NCBI RefSeq assembly: GCF_009914755.1
Contig: NC_060929.1
Direction: 5' to 3' (one strand)
DNA: 64,000 bases
From: the human T2T-CHM13v2.0 reference genome, Homo sapiens
Shown here: piece after piece, positions 40,513 through 56,925 of the stretch
Layout of the letters: every line of letters begins with the position of its first letter
Numbering within the stretch: the stretch's first letter is position 1
Made by a program: the position numbers and the translations under genes
Notes under the pieces: generated by a model
Databases searched by the model: none
What the model was told of the DNA's origin: nothing
The model's input: the letters and a program-made list of their open reading frames with translations, nothing else

Positions 40513-41289
40513 CTTAGCTTAGCCTAAGCTGAAAGCACTGCCTGAGTTTTCATAAAATCAGTTTCACGAAATTACAGTTCAATTACTACATTTCTATCAT
40601 CTCACTAGTCAAGAAATACTGACATTTCCTCTTAATATCAGTAAATAATTTTTAAAAACCAGAAGTTCTTCATGGAAATGCTAACCAAAAGTTTATTTTC
40701 TATTATCTTAAAGGAGAAAAACTGTAATGTGTTTTATATCATGCCAAGGACCCCTAATTAATTTCTAAAATGCTGCTACAATATATCAAAGTACCTACCT
40801 ATAAGCAAGAATTATGTTAGGCTACAAATAGTTAAACCAAACAGCAGTTACTTTACATAAAATAATATATGTAACATACTATGATCTAAACACCTTGGCA
40901 ACATGGAGTGGGAAATAGTATATAGCAATAAGTAAATTTCCTTTAAAAGTACAGCGAAAAATTACATTTAAAAAGTCAATTTTTTGTCTAAACTGTTACT
41001 CATCAAGTAATGTGTAAATATGAAGTTTGAAGAAAGTTGAGAAGGAAGAAAGGAAGAAAGGTCTTAATAGCCTTTGTTTGACACTGGTTGTGGAAAGTAT
41101 TGCTGGGGGCAAATTGGGTAGTAATAGAGAAATTTTAGGCAAACCATCAGTTTCAGAGTAATTAATTGTGATTCTCCTTCACTTTGGTTCTGTTGAAGAT
41201 ACACAAAGAAATGCTTTGCAGAATATAGCCAAGGCTTTAAGATAAAACATTTGCAAAATGGAGCTTTGCCTACATTCCTAAGGTTCATG

Positions 41290-41292
<3 letters not shown>

Positions 41293-41333
<41 letters not shown>

Positions 41334-41411
41334 CACACACATACATACATATATATACATGACATATATACATAAACATGATATATATCAATATTATATA
41401 TATCTATATAT
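41293..41411. repeat. (TA)n / (TACA)n low-complexity tract
   Basis: Direct reading. Confidence 0.9.
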
Positions 41412-41433
41412 TTTTGGGAGGGATACAATACTT

Positions 41434-41632
41434 ATTATGTGTTGAACTGCCTCCCTTCACCCAAATTCTTATGTTGAAGTCCTAAGCCTCACTACTACCT
41501 CAGGATGTGATCTTATTTGGAAATTTACTTGCAGATCTTTACAGAAGTAATCAAGTTAAAGTGAGGTCATTAAGGTGGGCCCTAATCTGATGTTACTGAT
41601 GTCTTTATAAAAAAAGGACATTTGGACACAGA
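41434..41632 (+). mobile_element. MLT1 (MLT1B-like) MaLR LTR 5' half
   Basis: ATGTTGAAGTCCTAA..TTATTTGGAAAT..GAGGTCATTAAGGTGGGCCCTAATC. Confidence 0.75.
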
Positions 41633-43773
41633 GTGAGGCCCTGTCTCTAAAAAAATAGTATGAAACAATGTATATTGTACTTTTTATGAATGATTTATGA
41701 TATTTTCATTTTTATCATATTTTTACTGCCTATGAATTGACTTTAGATTCTTAACCTCTTTTGAGATGTAAAGATCTGCAAATAATTTGTATTAAAAGTA
41801 ATTTAAAAAGTATTAGCCATCTTCTAAGACGTGTAAATTTGCAAACTACTCAGGGGCAGAAATACATATTCTTTCTATTTCTTAGACACAGTATTTAATA
41901 ACTACTAACTACATATTATCCGTAGATAAGTGTTACTCCTGAGGGAGAAAACTTTTCTATTGCAAACACTCCTTGATTAATCTGAGTACCCAGTCCCTTG
42001 CTTAATCTCTGTAGCTTTCACAGGTTGGACAATTCCAATAGTTCTAATGCAACATTCACTTTCACCTAGAGCTAATAAACGTTTGATTCTTAGGTGATCC
42101 AACTCATTGGGCATCAATAGTTTTTTAAATATATTCAAGCATTATTGCAAAACTATAAAATATTATGTCTTTTTGTACTTGAACAGTAAGAGTATCCTAC
42201 TGGTGGAGTGGCGCCAACATATAGTAGACTAATCCCAATTATTTCTAGAATTGGGTGGTAGTAGGGGCTGCTCCCTAGTTAGTATTCGCATAGGAAAAGA
42301 TCTACTCAAGCAAAACTTTTTTTCTAGTCATTTGTTTTCATTTGGGATCATGAGACAGTTAATAATTTGGAGTAGGTACAGAGAAGGGAAAGAACAGCCA
42401 CAAGAAAAGAAAAAGAATTAATAATGGACTCAGGAAGAATCACATGAAGATGACTCTCATTAAAAATCAATGAGACATTGTGATGTTACCATTAAGTTAT
42501 TGCTAAGAGAGTTGGAATCCAGAGAAAGTTGAGTCTACTGGGTAACATGCCAATAATAGGAAATACATTGGACACATATTTGCCCAGGGATAATTTCAGT
42601 TAATGATGCAACAAAATCAATAGGTGAAGGGTGTTCCATTATCTTACATTAAGCTAACCTGTTTTAATGAGGAGCAAAGTATTGAGGTACCAAGGCTGCA
42701 TGACTCTGACCCTTGTTTTGAGTTTTAGGGAGCTAGACATACCAGCCTGATTGCTTTCTGTTTTTCCTCCTGATTCTAGAAAAGGAAATTCTGTGACCAG
42801 AGCTCCTAAGGGTAAATTTGGGCAGGCTGTTTGAAAATGTTTCAGGGGATTTGTTTTGATATGCACCATGGATCCTTGTCCGGATTTCTGTACTGATTTC
42901 TTCCAACTGACTATGGTCCTAACTGTGACCCCTGCTCCTCTGTGCCCTAAGACTTTGTGCCTACAGACATGTCTAACTAAGTAAGAGTCATAGGAATCAC
43001 ACCCATGATCTTGGTTATATTGCCTCTTTGTGTGTGGGGGAATCTCTTTTAATCCTCCTGTCCAGAAGTGCCTTAACATGGATTTAATTATTTAATCATT
43101 AATATTATCATGTTTTTCTAAACTCCATAAAATTTTTGCTTGAATTTTTAATGTGTGATTCTTGGATTTTTAGTATTTGACACTTTAGATTTCTAATTAC
43201 GTTTTATTGACTGTAAAAGTAAGCTGATCTCTGTTCCAACACTGTCCCAGGTTGATGGGAGAGCATGAGCTGGATCCACCTATTGTGTCTTAGGCCAGGC
43301 AAGGGTTTTCATTCCTTTCTAGATCACCATCTATTGCCCAGAGGTCTGCCATTTTCTCTTTTCTAGAGAGATACAAGTGTTCTGGACCATTGAAAGGGAG
43401 ATTATTCTATGTATGGTAGATAGGATGGAGGTTAAGTAAGTTTTTAAAGCACATAGGCCTCATTCCCGCTAGACTTTCAATAGGTAATCTCCTATCTACT
43501 GTCAATGAGAAGGGCAACAGAGGCAGTGCTTCAGGGCAGGTGCTGTGCAGTTATCATTTAATGAAGACTGCAGTATTTCTAAGCACTAACACCTGATCTG
43601 GCCACTGACTTAGCTCTTATTTGCTCCCTGTTTCTCCCTAATCTGTTTAACTATCCATGTCTGACAAAGTCAGGCCAATTCTTCAGTGTCTAGACTTTAA
43701 CTCTTGCGTTCCTTTGGCTTCCCTTCTCTTCATCCCCTACCCTGTGAAACCTTTACCTACTCTGGGAATTGGA

Positions 43774-43779
43774 GTGTGT

Positions 43780-43821
<42 letters not shown>
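43774..43821. repeat. (TG)n microsatellite
   Basis: Direct reading. Confidence 0.95.
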
Positions 43822-43822
<1 letters not shown>

Positions 43823-44164
43823 GCAGAGGGGACTTCAATCTTCTAAATATTTTCCATCCTTCTTTTAGACTGTGGCTTTGGAAAACTTTTCTACTTTTGT
43901 TATCTGATTTTGAACTGCTAGGGCTTAGGGGTACAAGTGACTGAATCACAATGGGCTAAGTGGAGCTTATTTCAAAATGATTTTTTAATTTTCTGACTTC
44001 AAATAAAATGACTACTTGTGGAACATGTTTAGCACAGGCAGTCTGTGGATGTGGGGTGCAGCAATGATGCTGCACATCTCTGTCTCATCAGTCACTGGAC
44101 TGTTACATAATTGCTTGTTCATAAGTCTTTCTCCCATAGAAGACTAAGTGTTCCTTTTAGTTTA

Positions 44165-45270
<1,106 letters not shown>

Positions 45271-45274
45271 TGCT

Positions 45275-45493
45275 CTTTCTTTTTCTTTTTTTTTAAATTA
45301 TACTTTAAGTTCTGGGATACATGTGCAGAACCTGCAGGTTTGTTACATAGGTATATACGTGCCATGGTGGTTTGCTGCACCCATCAACCCGTTATCTACA
45401 TTAGGTATTTCTCCTAATGCCATCCCTCCCCTAGCCCCCCACCCAGTGACAGGCCTCAGTGTGTGATGTTCCCTTTCCTGTGTCCATGTGTTC
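45275..45493 (-). mobile_element. Short L1PA 3' end
   Basis: TTATACTTTAAGTTCTGGGATACATGTGCAGAA. Confidence 0.9.
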
Positions 45494-45556
45494 TATCCTG
45501 ATGGGTATGAATACATTTTTCCTGATGGGCTAGAATAATGTCTTCATCTGCAAACT

Positions 45557-45944
45557 TGCTGTGATTGGGATGCAATTTGTCCCTATTAAAAATTCATGTT
45601 GAAATTTGATCTCTAATGTGGCAGTGTTGAGAGGCGGGGCCTAGTGGGAGGTGTTTTGGTAATGGAGACAGTTTCCTCAAGAATGGATTAATGCCATATC
45701 ATGGGAGTGAGTTCTAGCTCTCTCGGGACTGCATTGGTTATTGTGAGAGTGGGCTGTTCCTTCTCATGTTTGGTCTCTTCTCTTGGCACATGCCCATTAC
45801 CAGAAAGCAGTGAGGCCCTCACCAGATGTGGCTGCTCATCCGGGACTTTCCAACCACCAGAATTGGGAGCCAAATAAATATCTTTTCTTTATAAAATACC
45901 CAGCTTCAGGTATTCTGTTATAGCAACACCAAACAGACTAAGAC
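45557..45944 (+). mobile_element. MSTB-type solo MaLR LTR
   Basis: TCATGTTGAAATTTGATC..CAGGTATTCTGTTATAGCAAC..ACAGACTAAGACA. Confidence 0.8.
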
Positions 45945-47431
45945 AATACTCCCATCATTGCATGCATGTGCCTGGCTCTTACGGATATTTTATATATATT
46001 TATTGAACTGTTATTAGATGGCTCTAGCTGAGGCTCTATTGTTTCTCATTATTATAAGAAACTATATTATTCATAGGTTTAGGATAACTCTAAGGAAGGG
46101 TTTCCTAATAAACTGTGGTGGCATAATTTCATACCTTGTTGAAGTTCCATTCCTATGTAGAGTGTGTGCAGTAAGAGAAAGTTTAAGAAATATTTTCTAA
46201 TTGTACAAATAACCATGCCAAATTTGCCAATGGCTTCTATCATTTATAGATGGACATTCCTTGTTTTGGGAAGGATTTCTTGAATGTGTTTTGTTGTTGT
46301 TGTTTTTGTGGGTTTTATTTTTTCTTATGTGGATGTGAAGCAATTAGATACCTTTTTGTTCTGGGAAACAAATACCGTCTTCAAATTCCTTAATTAACTA
46401 AGCTCCAAATACGTTGGTGGGAAGGTCAGCAAGGTGAGAACATTTATATAGGAATTGAGTAGGTTTCAGAAGAAAAGTTATGGAGACGTTAGATTGTATT
46501 TTCCTTGAGGTTCAATATTAGTAGGAACTCTGATGGGTTCAGGAAACCCTAACTAAGAGCAATTGTCAGTAATTAGACATGAGCGTCCTCAAGGATTATT
46601 CATCATGGTGGCGTGCTTACCAGGTGGTCTGCACAACACCAGGGCCTCTATAGAATGCCCTGAGAGAGGGCTAGAAACCCTAGTTCTGTAGATGTACCTT
46701 GAGAAAATCTCCAAACCTATAGATGTGAGCATGTGTGTGTGTGTGTGTCTGTGTGTGTGTACACTGAAAGATCTATGTTACTAAAGATCTGTAACATTGG
46801 GTGATTGGGTGCCCAGGCCTTCTGATGCAGAAACACACTCTGAGAAACCTGTGCTGTTCTACTGAATCTGGAGAGTGGGGTCTTTTACTGGGCACTGTCT
46901 CCCGTAAATTGGAGCTCCTAGATTTTGTTGGCAATAATAGCCACAATCATTATAAAGTTTTTGATAGCAAATTAGGACTGTGTTTGGCTTCTAGAATGCT
47001 AAGTTGGGGGTCAAGCAAGCCTTATGTCACCACTGAACTTCCAGCAGGGAACAAGAGCTGTCTTCGGTGGCTGGGCTGCTTGTTCCTGACAACATCACCA
47101 GAAGTCAGTGCTGTCTGTGAAGGCAAAGGCAGTATGTGCAAGGGTTAAGAACAAGGTCTCTAGATCCAAATGGCCTGCATATAACTTCTGGCTCTGGGCT
47201 TCAGTTTTTTCCCAAGAAAAACAGGTATGATTATTGCTCCTGTATTAGATGTTTGTTGTAAGATTTACAATGATGCCTGTTACAAAGCAGCACTCAGTAA
47301 CGTTAGGTAGCAGAAGAGAAGAACAGCAATCCTATAAAGAATTGCCTAAAATTTCCACTTGTTCTCTATTAGTACCTACAGTCACACCTAGTACTGAGTG
47401 GTTTATCATGGGATTCAAGACTGTGGGGGAA

Positions 47432-47696
47432 GGCTGGGCACAGTGGCTCACACATAATTCCAACACTTTGAAAGGCCAAGGCAGGAGGATCACTTGAGGC
47501 CAGGAGTTTTAGACCAGGCTGGGCAACATGGGGAGACTCTATTTCTACAAAGAATAAAAAATTAGCCAGGCATGGTGGTGCGCACCTGTGGTCCCAGCTA
47601 CTAGGGAGGCTGGGAGGTCAAGGCTGCAGTGAGCCACAATTGCACTACTGCACTCCAGCCTGGGCAACAGAGTGAGGCCCCATCTCAAAAAGAAAG
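47432..47696 (+). mobile_element. AluJ element with internal deletion in the right arm
   Basis: GGAGGATCACTTGAGGCCAGG, GGTCAAGGCTGCAGTGAG. Confidence 0.9.
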
Positions 47697-48889
47697 ATTG
47701 TTAGGAAAGAAAGGTTTCTATAGCCATTCAAATTAAAAAGAGGATAAATGCCACCTTCCACTCTAATTGGCAAAGTTGAACATATTTCTTTTCATATTTC
47801 CATGTAGGCATCCTTGTCAGATTAAAGTACCACTCAAATGGTCTTATTGGCTAATATTTTTATCAAGTTATAACCATTCCCAAACCACTCAGGAGAAAAC
47901 CTGGATTCTATTTTGAACCTTGTTTCTTCCTTGAATTCCACGTTTAGTCAGTCGCTACACACTCTGGTTTTCCTTCATTATGACCCTTGCATCCCTTTCT
48001 CCCTCTCCATTCTCACTTCTATTTCTCCAATCCAATCATCCAATCCGGACAGATTCTTAATAAACTGCACACGCTTAAGCGCTGCAGGGCAGAAATAGGT
48101 TTTATGAGCTTGTGTTCATTTGGAAGCAAACACAGCTGTACCCTGGCAACACTTGAAGTAGGCAAAGTTAGACTTTGGTGTCTCATTCTTTGCCAGCTTT
48201 TTCTCAGAGGTGAGAAAAGCTTGCTGTGGCTTCTGGCCAGTAGTGTACATCAGCAAGTACGTTCTCCATGAATTGAGTATTAATTAATGATTTCCCACTC
48301 AGCTGCCGAGAGGAGACAAGATCTGAGAATGGTCTCTTAGCTTCCCTGAAAGATCATATGCTCCATGAAGATAGAGCTATCTTTTTACTGCTGTAGCATA
48401 ACCATATGATAGGACAACCACATGCAATTGCAAGAAAGGCGGAAATATCAAGACTGCCAACATTTTAGAAAGACAGACGCTTGACTTGCTTGGCTGAGGC
48501 AGGTGTGGTTTCTCTCTGAGGAAAGACATTCAATGAGGAGTCTTCCCCATATCACTCCTACCTTGCTTCTGTACTCTCACTTCTTCGTACTCAGGGCTAG
48601 AAAATTTTGGTCTATTCATTGTGATTTTTAAAAATCTGCAGAAAATTAAACATCCGCTACCCCCATCTTCTGATTTTATTTAGATTGATTATCTACTTTT
48701 GTGTGAATATTAACAATGAGAACCGTTTTCAGGAATTTATACTATAAGAACAAATATATGTGGGAAATGTGAGTAGACATTAATTTAATAACATTGAATA
48801 TGCTTTAGGAAAACTCCGCTCTTTCACTGTGCATATTCTGACATGCATCCCTAATTGAGAACAATTGCTTCAAACTATATAGGCATTTT

Positions 48890-49100
48890 AGGTTAAATAT
48901 GTGTCCTCATGAGTCAGACAGGTTTGACTTTAAATCCCAGTCCTGCCATTTGCCAATACTAGAGTTTCTTCTGCATGTTACTTACCCTCTTATTATCTTA
49001 GTTTCCTCACCTACTTCACTAGGTTTTTTAACACAGAAAATATAAGGCAAATTACTTAGCTCAATGCCTGGCCCTTAGAGAGCACACAATACAAGAAAGC
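48890..49100 (+). mobile_element. MIR SINE relic
   Basis: GAGTCAGACAGG..AAATCCCAG.CCTGCCATTTGC..AGTTTCCTCACCT. Confidence 0.6.
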
Positions 49101-50539
49101 TCAATTGTTTAGCTAAGAAGTCCTTTAGGTATCAATTCACTCTAGCCTGCCCTTTTTGAGATCAGGGATATAAGCTTTGAGACTGGAATCCAAGTCTCTT
49201 TACATCCTCCTCTAAGCTAGATGGCATCCACCAGAAAGCATGGGTTTTGGAACCTGATGGATCTAAATTTAATTATATTTGTTTTTACAATTACCTCACA
49301 AGCTTTGTTTCATTACCCTCAGCCCAAGTTTTTCATCATAATGAAAAATACAAAAATATTATTAGAATATAATCTATATTAATAAAGCACTGAGGCAATT
49401 CTTGGCACAAGGTGAGTGTACCAAAAATATTTGTTTTTCCCAGTGGCATTCCAAGAGTAAAGCAGTAGGTATGATCTGCTCCAAGTACAGGCAATAAGCA
49501 GAGGGGGCATTATTTGCAGAGAATTTAGAAATGAGAATAAAAGCAACTCTTTCTTTAATTATTGCTATGCACAACAATTATAAACAATTTCACAAATTCA
49601 GCAATAAATACTATTCTTTGAAAAAGTGTTTTGTTGGTCTAAGATCCTAATTATTATTGGGCATACTGTTGAGATTTTGTGTGTGTGTGAGTGTGTGTGT
49701 GCACACGCACATGCGCTTCAAACTGACACATTTCTATTACTTTTCCTTTAGGAGACGTTGTATTCTACATGGAAGTTAATTCAGGGAGGAGTTGGCCCCT
49801 GGCACATACAGACTGTTATAATCGTTCATTTTGAGTGTGATTTTGTAATAGAGGGGACTTTGTCTTCTTCCCCATCCTCAGATCACATGCCTTCAGGCTA
49901 GTGCTATTACCAGTTCATCAGATACACCCACCTATGTCTAAATCCAAATTTAGTTTCAATCAGAATCTCTTTTATGTAAGAATAAATGTGCTAATGTGAC
50001 ACCCTCCAAATGTCAACTCTACCACAGTCAGAGGCTGAGAAGAAGATTTAACCCTTGACTCTTTCTTTCTGCTCTGGTGGGGGAATGGTCAAAGGGAATT
50101 TGATTAATCTGATATTGCCAGGATTGAAAAAAAAAAAGTATCCATAGAAAAATGAGGATTTAAGTGTGTTTTTAGAAAGAAAATGAGAATAGAGAGTCTG
50201 ATCTCAAGTGATACTATTTTTAACTAAGTGATTCAAGATATCTATGTAATAAACCATTTGGAATGTAGTGGTCATCTGTGGTTAATACTAGAAATAGAGA
50301 CTGAGATTTTCCCTCAAAGTAATGGCACAAAATAAAGCCAAGCAAGCTAAAAGGGAATGGCTGGGATGTGCTTAGGGAGTCAGGGATGTCCTCAGTAGGA
50401 AAACATTAAAAGTGCATTTAGGTAGAAATGTTAAGTCTTGTGAAGGGAGAACGGACATTAACATTGGGAAGCACAAAGAAAAGATGGAAAAGATACATAT
50501 ATTAATTGATTAAAAGAAAAATAGAGTAGCGAGCTAGAA

Positions 50540-50960
50540 AACTGTTAATTTTCAATCATTAGCCATTCCCAATTCCCTTTTCCATGCTCATCTCCAGGTA
50601 TAGAGGCTGAAAAAGTTACTTTCTTTACTTGTCCTGCAGACAGAGGTGGCATGTTGCTCTGTTCTGAGTAATGAGATACAAACAGAAAACTGTTGGGGAT
50701 GCTGCAAAGGATTATTCTCTCTTGTAAAAGGAGAAAGATGCAGAAGGAAAGCTTTATTCCCCCTCCCTCCTTTTTTTTTTCCTTAGGATGTTATTATATG
50801 ATGACATGATGATTGGAACTTCAATAACCATTCTGCCACCATGGTAAGAGGCATAGCTAAAGCACAAAGGATAGCAGACTAGAAAAACAAAAAAAGCCTG
50901 GGTCCTTCTCGGCATAATTCAACCACAAAGCAACCTTGCAACCTCCTGTAAACAGATTTC
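50540..50960 (+). mobile_element. Old MLT1 (K/L-like) LTR
   Basis: TGCAGACAGAGGTGGCATG..CCATTCTGCCACCATG..CCTGGGTCCTT. Confidence 0.55.
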
Positions 50961-51834
50961 TTTTTTATAATTTTAAATAAACAATTTTTTTATTTATTAG
51001 TGGTATAAAAACTATGTTCTCAGCAACTTGTTAAAATGTTACTAATATATAATATTTTAAGTGAGAAAAATTGAATATAGGTCCTTTTTTGAAATTTTAA
51101 AAAGCTTTATAACAAAGAATGTAGTGATCTGGTTGTAAAATTGGATTATTTTAATAGTCTGTTGTAATTACTGTTGAATTTGAAAAAGATAATAAAAGAA
51201 AGATATGATTGGCTGTGGTTACTCAATTATGATACTTAGTTTTCAATTTTATCCACCAGTGGGCAAACTTTGTTTTTTAACCTAACTTTTTTTGTTGAAA
51301 TAAAAGACTTTATATTTCAGTAGTGTTAGCCAGATAATCTATTACTTGTAGCCAAAAGTATTCTAACTGTTAAAGCAGGATATCGATTAATTAGCAATAT
51401 TTAGACAGTGTTTTAGATGATATTAGTCTTTTCCTAGACATTCTAGGCAATTTCAAGAATAAAAGAAAATGTTTCTTTTATTATAGTATATCGTATATAG
51501 TATAGATATAACATATGTATCTGAGGAAAACTGAGGCAATCGATTGAGAAGAACACAGCTTGTCATCATACTAAGAATAAATAAATAGTAACAACAAAAT
51601 GTATCTATAAAAGCTGTTTATGAGACAAATCTAAAACAAATGCAAGAAAGAAAAAACTTAAAAAGATTTGGCAAATTCTAAGAAAAAAGTCATGAAAATA
51701 TTGATATCAAACGGAAGAGAAATATAACCAAAAATCATTACATGGAAAATGAACAGTATCTTGAAGAAAGGTACAATTCTCCAGGAAGACTTTTTTAAGG
51801 TAGTTTATTTTATTTTATTTTATTTTCAAAAAAT

Positions 51835-52398
51835 TTCTTTTTTTTTCTCTTTTTCAACCTTTATTTTAGCTTTGGAGGTACATGTGCAGGTTTGTTACTT
51901 GGGTATATTGCATAATACTAAGGTTTGGGACATGAATTATCCTGTTACTTAGGAATCAAGCATAATATCCAACACTTTTTCAACCCTTGTCCCCCTCTTT
52001 CCTGCCCCCCTCTAGTAGTCCCCAGTGTCATTGTTGCCATCTTTATGTCCATAAGTACCTGATGTTTAACTCCCACTTATAAGTGAGAACATGTGATAAT
52101 TTCGTTTTCTGTTCCTGCATCAATTCACTTAGGGTAATGGCCTCCAGGGCCATCCATGTTGCTGCAAAGAACATGATTTCCTGCCTTTTTTTTTTTATTG
52201 CTGCATGGTATTCCATGCTATGCACCGCATTTTCTTTATCTAATCTACCGTCTCTGGGCACCTATATTGATTCCATCATGTTGCTATTGTGAATAGTGCT
52301 GCAGTGAACATGTGAGTGCATGTGTCTTTTTGGTAGATGATTTGTTTTCTTTTGGATATATACTCAGTAATTAGATTTCTGGTTCAAATAGTAGTTTT
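51835..52398 (-). mobile_element. Old L1PA/L1PB 3' end
   Basis: Minus ORF ..FFAATWMALEAITLSEL; GTACATGTGCAGGTTTGTTAC. Confidence 0.88.
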
Positions 52399-53404
52399 AA
52401 AAAGATTTAGAATCTAAGAATTGATGGCAAAAATTGTTAAAACCAGAACCTCAATGGGAGACTCTAAGGTATTTATCTCTGAAATGATTGATTAAAATGA
52501 TAAAAAGGAACATAATGAATAATTTCATTATTATTATAATTAACAAACTATATATATAAAATTATATATATCTAATAAACTAAAATATATGTGTAATATT
52601 ATATGTATTATATTTTTCTCCCATGATAAACTCTAGGTTGAGAAAAAATCAGAGCAAATGTTTCAGATTAGCAGTGAAAAATAATGAGAACACCAAACAT
52701 AAAAATTGATTATTGAAAGCCTAGCATAATCCTAATGTCAAAACCAGTCATGAATGGCACAGAAAAATAAAACTACAAACAAGTGCAAAAATGCTGATAA
52801 AATATTTCCAAATTAAATTCAGCATTGTACTTAGGGAATAACATGAAGAAATAAAAGTAAAACATAAGTGAAACTCTTGACACAATTAATTAGGTTAACA
52901 GTTAAATGAAAGAAGATTATGTGATTATCTCAATAGATGCCAAAAAATTGCTTATTGTTTCAAGTTTCTGTTTTTTATAAAGTGTAGAAAGTACTTAAAG
53001 AAATTTACCAAGCAAAAGTACAGATTATTTCATATTTTTACATGCTTTCTCAAATATTTACAATAATCTTGTTTGTCCCTAAGTCAATAGAATTTTTCTT
53101 TTGGTGATTTACCTTTTTCCCCCAAAAGCATTGAGTTTAACAGAGAAAGAAGTTTTTCTCTTTATTCTCATCTTTCATCAATATTTTGTACTGTTGATCG
53201 GTGGCACAATTATAATGACAATAACAAAGAGATCAAGCAGATTTTGTAATAAATGTAACTTCATCTTTGTCAATGCAAAACTCAACTAGGGAGAGAAATG
53301 CTGCTAGGGCTACTAATGGGTAGCAGCCTCCTAGCAGCAAATGTCAGCATCTTGTCATTCAGTGTGGTGAACAGAGCGAAGGGAACACTGGTTAATTTAT
53401 AATT

Positions 53405-54170
<766 letters not shown>

Positions 54171-54729
54171 TAATTAAAACCTTATTAAAATAATATGTAA
54201 TTTTTTTCTACCTAGTGTTCTATATTCTTTCATGTTTTTGAAAAGTATATATTACACTTATTTTAAATAATTGAGTGACAAGGTTAGAGATATACAAAAT
54301 TTGTTTGCCACATTTTGATTTACGCAACTCTGTTTTAGAATGAAAAATAGCTATAAAATAATAATTTTCAAAATTATTGCTGATTTTTTAATTTGTAAAT
54401 CAATCCATAAGCAAAGCATGAACGACTTAATTTTAGATACAGAAAAGATTATGAATATTCTAAATCCTGCCAAAATAAAAATTGTGGGATTAGGAAATAG
54501 TGGGAAGAGAATGCACAATTGTTGATTCTCTCATCTCAGATAATGGAATCAAGAAATAGTGCCCCCAATATTTCAGTTTAAATACTATTTAAGGTCAAAA
54601 GGTAGCCACAAGAAATTAAATATAACAGCAAAATTATTTACGGGATAGTAATCTAAACTTTCATCCTTCCTATTAAGGAGTAAAATGAAGTGATCTAATA
54701 TCAATCAAGTAACAATTATTGATATTCCT

Positions 54730-56012
54730 TTATTTAACATTTATTCAACAATTATTTGTTGACTGGGATAAACATAACAAACTAGTAAAATTAGAAAACA
54801 AAATAATTTCTGATCTAGATAAATACAGAGTGAATCAAGAGGGTAACATGATAGAAACTGCTGTGAGTGTTGTATCACTTAGGATTATGTTTATCTGTGA
54901 TTACCAGAAAACTTAATAAATAGTGGTTTAAACAATTTTTATTTGTCTCATGAAATAAGAAGTTTGATTTTTCAGTTCACAGTCGGTGTGGTGTTATTAA
55001 TAACGCCAGCAAGGAACGAGGCTCTTTTCTCTCTGTTCTGCCCTGCTTATCAGGAATTGCTGTACATCCAGCTTTCTGTTTGCATTCCGGGGAGGAAGAA
55101 TGAAATAGAAGAAACCACAGCCAACTTCAACTTATGTCTCATGGGCCAGAACCGGCAGTATGGCCTCCACTAGCCATAAGGAGGCTGAGAAATGAAGCCT
55201 TTATCTTTCCAATACCCACTTGAAAAAGCAAAGGGAAAGGGAGTTAGAATGGGTTAGACACAGGTTGCTCCTTTAGGAAGTGATATTTAAACTAAGACCT
55301 TAAAGATGAGAAGGAATCCAGGTAAACACTAGGAAATTAGCATTCCAGGCATGCTCAAAGGACAGGAATGGAGCCTAATGCAACTGGAGTATAGGGTGCA
55401 AATAGAAGCATGACATGAAGTGAGGTAAGAGAGGAAGGCAAGAATCAGATCACACAGGGTCCTGTAGGTCACAACTAGGCATTATGATTTTTATTCTAAG
55501 TGGAGTATAAGAGTTTTTAAACAGAAAACGATTAGGATCTGATAACATTTTAAAGACTTCTCTGGCTGCTATATAGAAAATAGATTAAAATCGGATAAGA
55601 GTTGAAGGAAGGAAATCAGTTAACTGTTCCAGTTGTTCAGTTAGCAACCAGTAGTGGCTTGGATTAAGTGGAACGGACATGGATACAAGGGAAAGATTCA
55701 AGATATATTTTGGTTAGAGAGCATTCCTGTGGCTTGGTGATTAATTGACTAGAGAGGGAGAAGGAAATGGAAGAATCAGAGATGACTCCTAGGTCTTGAT
55801 TTGAGCACCCTTTTAGATCATATTGTCATTGAAATTGGAGAGACTCATGGTGAACTAAATTTGGGACAGAGAATGGTATGGAATCTACAATTCTGTTTTA
55901 GGGGTGTTAAGTTTGCAATGCTCATTGAACATACAAGCTGGCGGCTGCCTCTACGAGACTGGTGTTCAGTCAAGAAGTCATGGTTACAATTAAAAAATTT
56001 ACAGTCATCAAC
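54730..56012. mobile_element. L2 LINE fragments with an intervening old MaLR LTR piece (~54870-55250)
   Basis: ATTTATTCAACAATTATTTGTTGA; AGCATTCCAGGCA; CTCTGGCTGCTATATAGAAAATAGATT. Confidence 0.6.
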
Positions 56013-56838
56013 CTAACAGCCATTTTTCCAATCTATAGGTTAAACATATCACTTAGAATTTAGGTGATGATTACCAGAAGATTAAGAGCAGAATTAGTTA
56101 AAAGTTATTTTTCCCTTTATAAAGGGACTGGAGTTTGTGGGATTGGGTAGGAGACTTTCGCTTCTCATTTGGTATTGTGTAATTTTTTAAAGTGTGCATT
56201 TTAATTCAGGTACATATTTTTAAAGAGACAGAATGTTGAAGAACAGCAACAGAGAAAGAATAAAAGCATGAATCAAATAGCAGGAAAAATATATGCTTTA
56301 GTATATTTACTTCACACTTTTCTTACATTGATCTAATTACTCCTGTTGATGGTGAGAGCAAGGACAAACTAGATTAAGTTTTAAGAAAAGCTAACAAAAA
56401 CTCAGATTTGGTTTCTTTCATGGTCTGGGTTAATTTTGGAAACACTTTGGGTACGTCATTCTGAACGAGAACATTTGGTTTAGCCTTCAGATGATCTCAT
56501 TCATAAGAAGGGCTTAAATGAGTTGTGTGGGACTCTAGGTCCACTGTGTGCAGCAGACTGTGTCCATTCACTCTTCTGACATGTCCTTCCTTTACCTTCT
56601 TAAAGTGGCTTCCCCACAAACCCACTGGAATTTCTAAGCAAATAGATGCAGACATTGGAGAAAAAGAGAAAAGCCCTGAAGGAACATGCCAATTCATATG
56701 CACTGAATAAGCCAATTTTATTATTGGGCAAAGCAAATACCCTAAATGAATTGTAAGTGCCCAGCCAGTGGCTGCAAAACTATAGTGAATTTTCAGCTTT
56801 ATTTATATGAAAGTAAAGCTACAGTTGTTATACATCAT

Positions 56839-56925
56839 TCTGCTTGTATTAAATAGCCAGAAAATATTCAATTTGCAACAATAGTTACACTGAGTTTATT
56901 CTGATGTCCTGTTTTTCTTAATTCT
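56839..56925 (+). repeat. 87-bp dispersed direct repeat, copy 1
   Basis: 84/87 identical to 58137-58223. Confidence 0.95.

Noticed and set aside
42654-43079. 141-aa minus ORF
   Set aside because: No recognisable homology or exon structure; possibly an ancient repeat relic but I cannot support a call
49205-49230. Partial CTCF-like GCTAGATGGCA
   Set aside because: Lacks the 5' CC of the core; weak match
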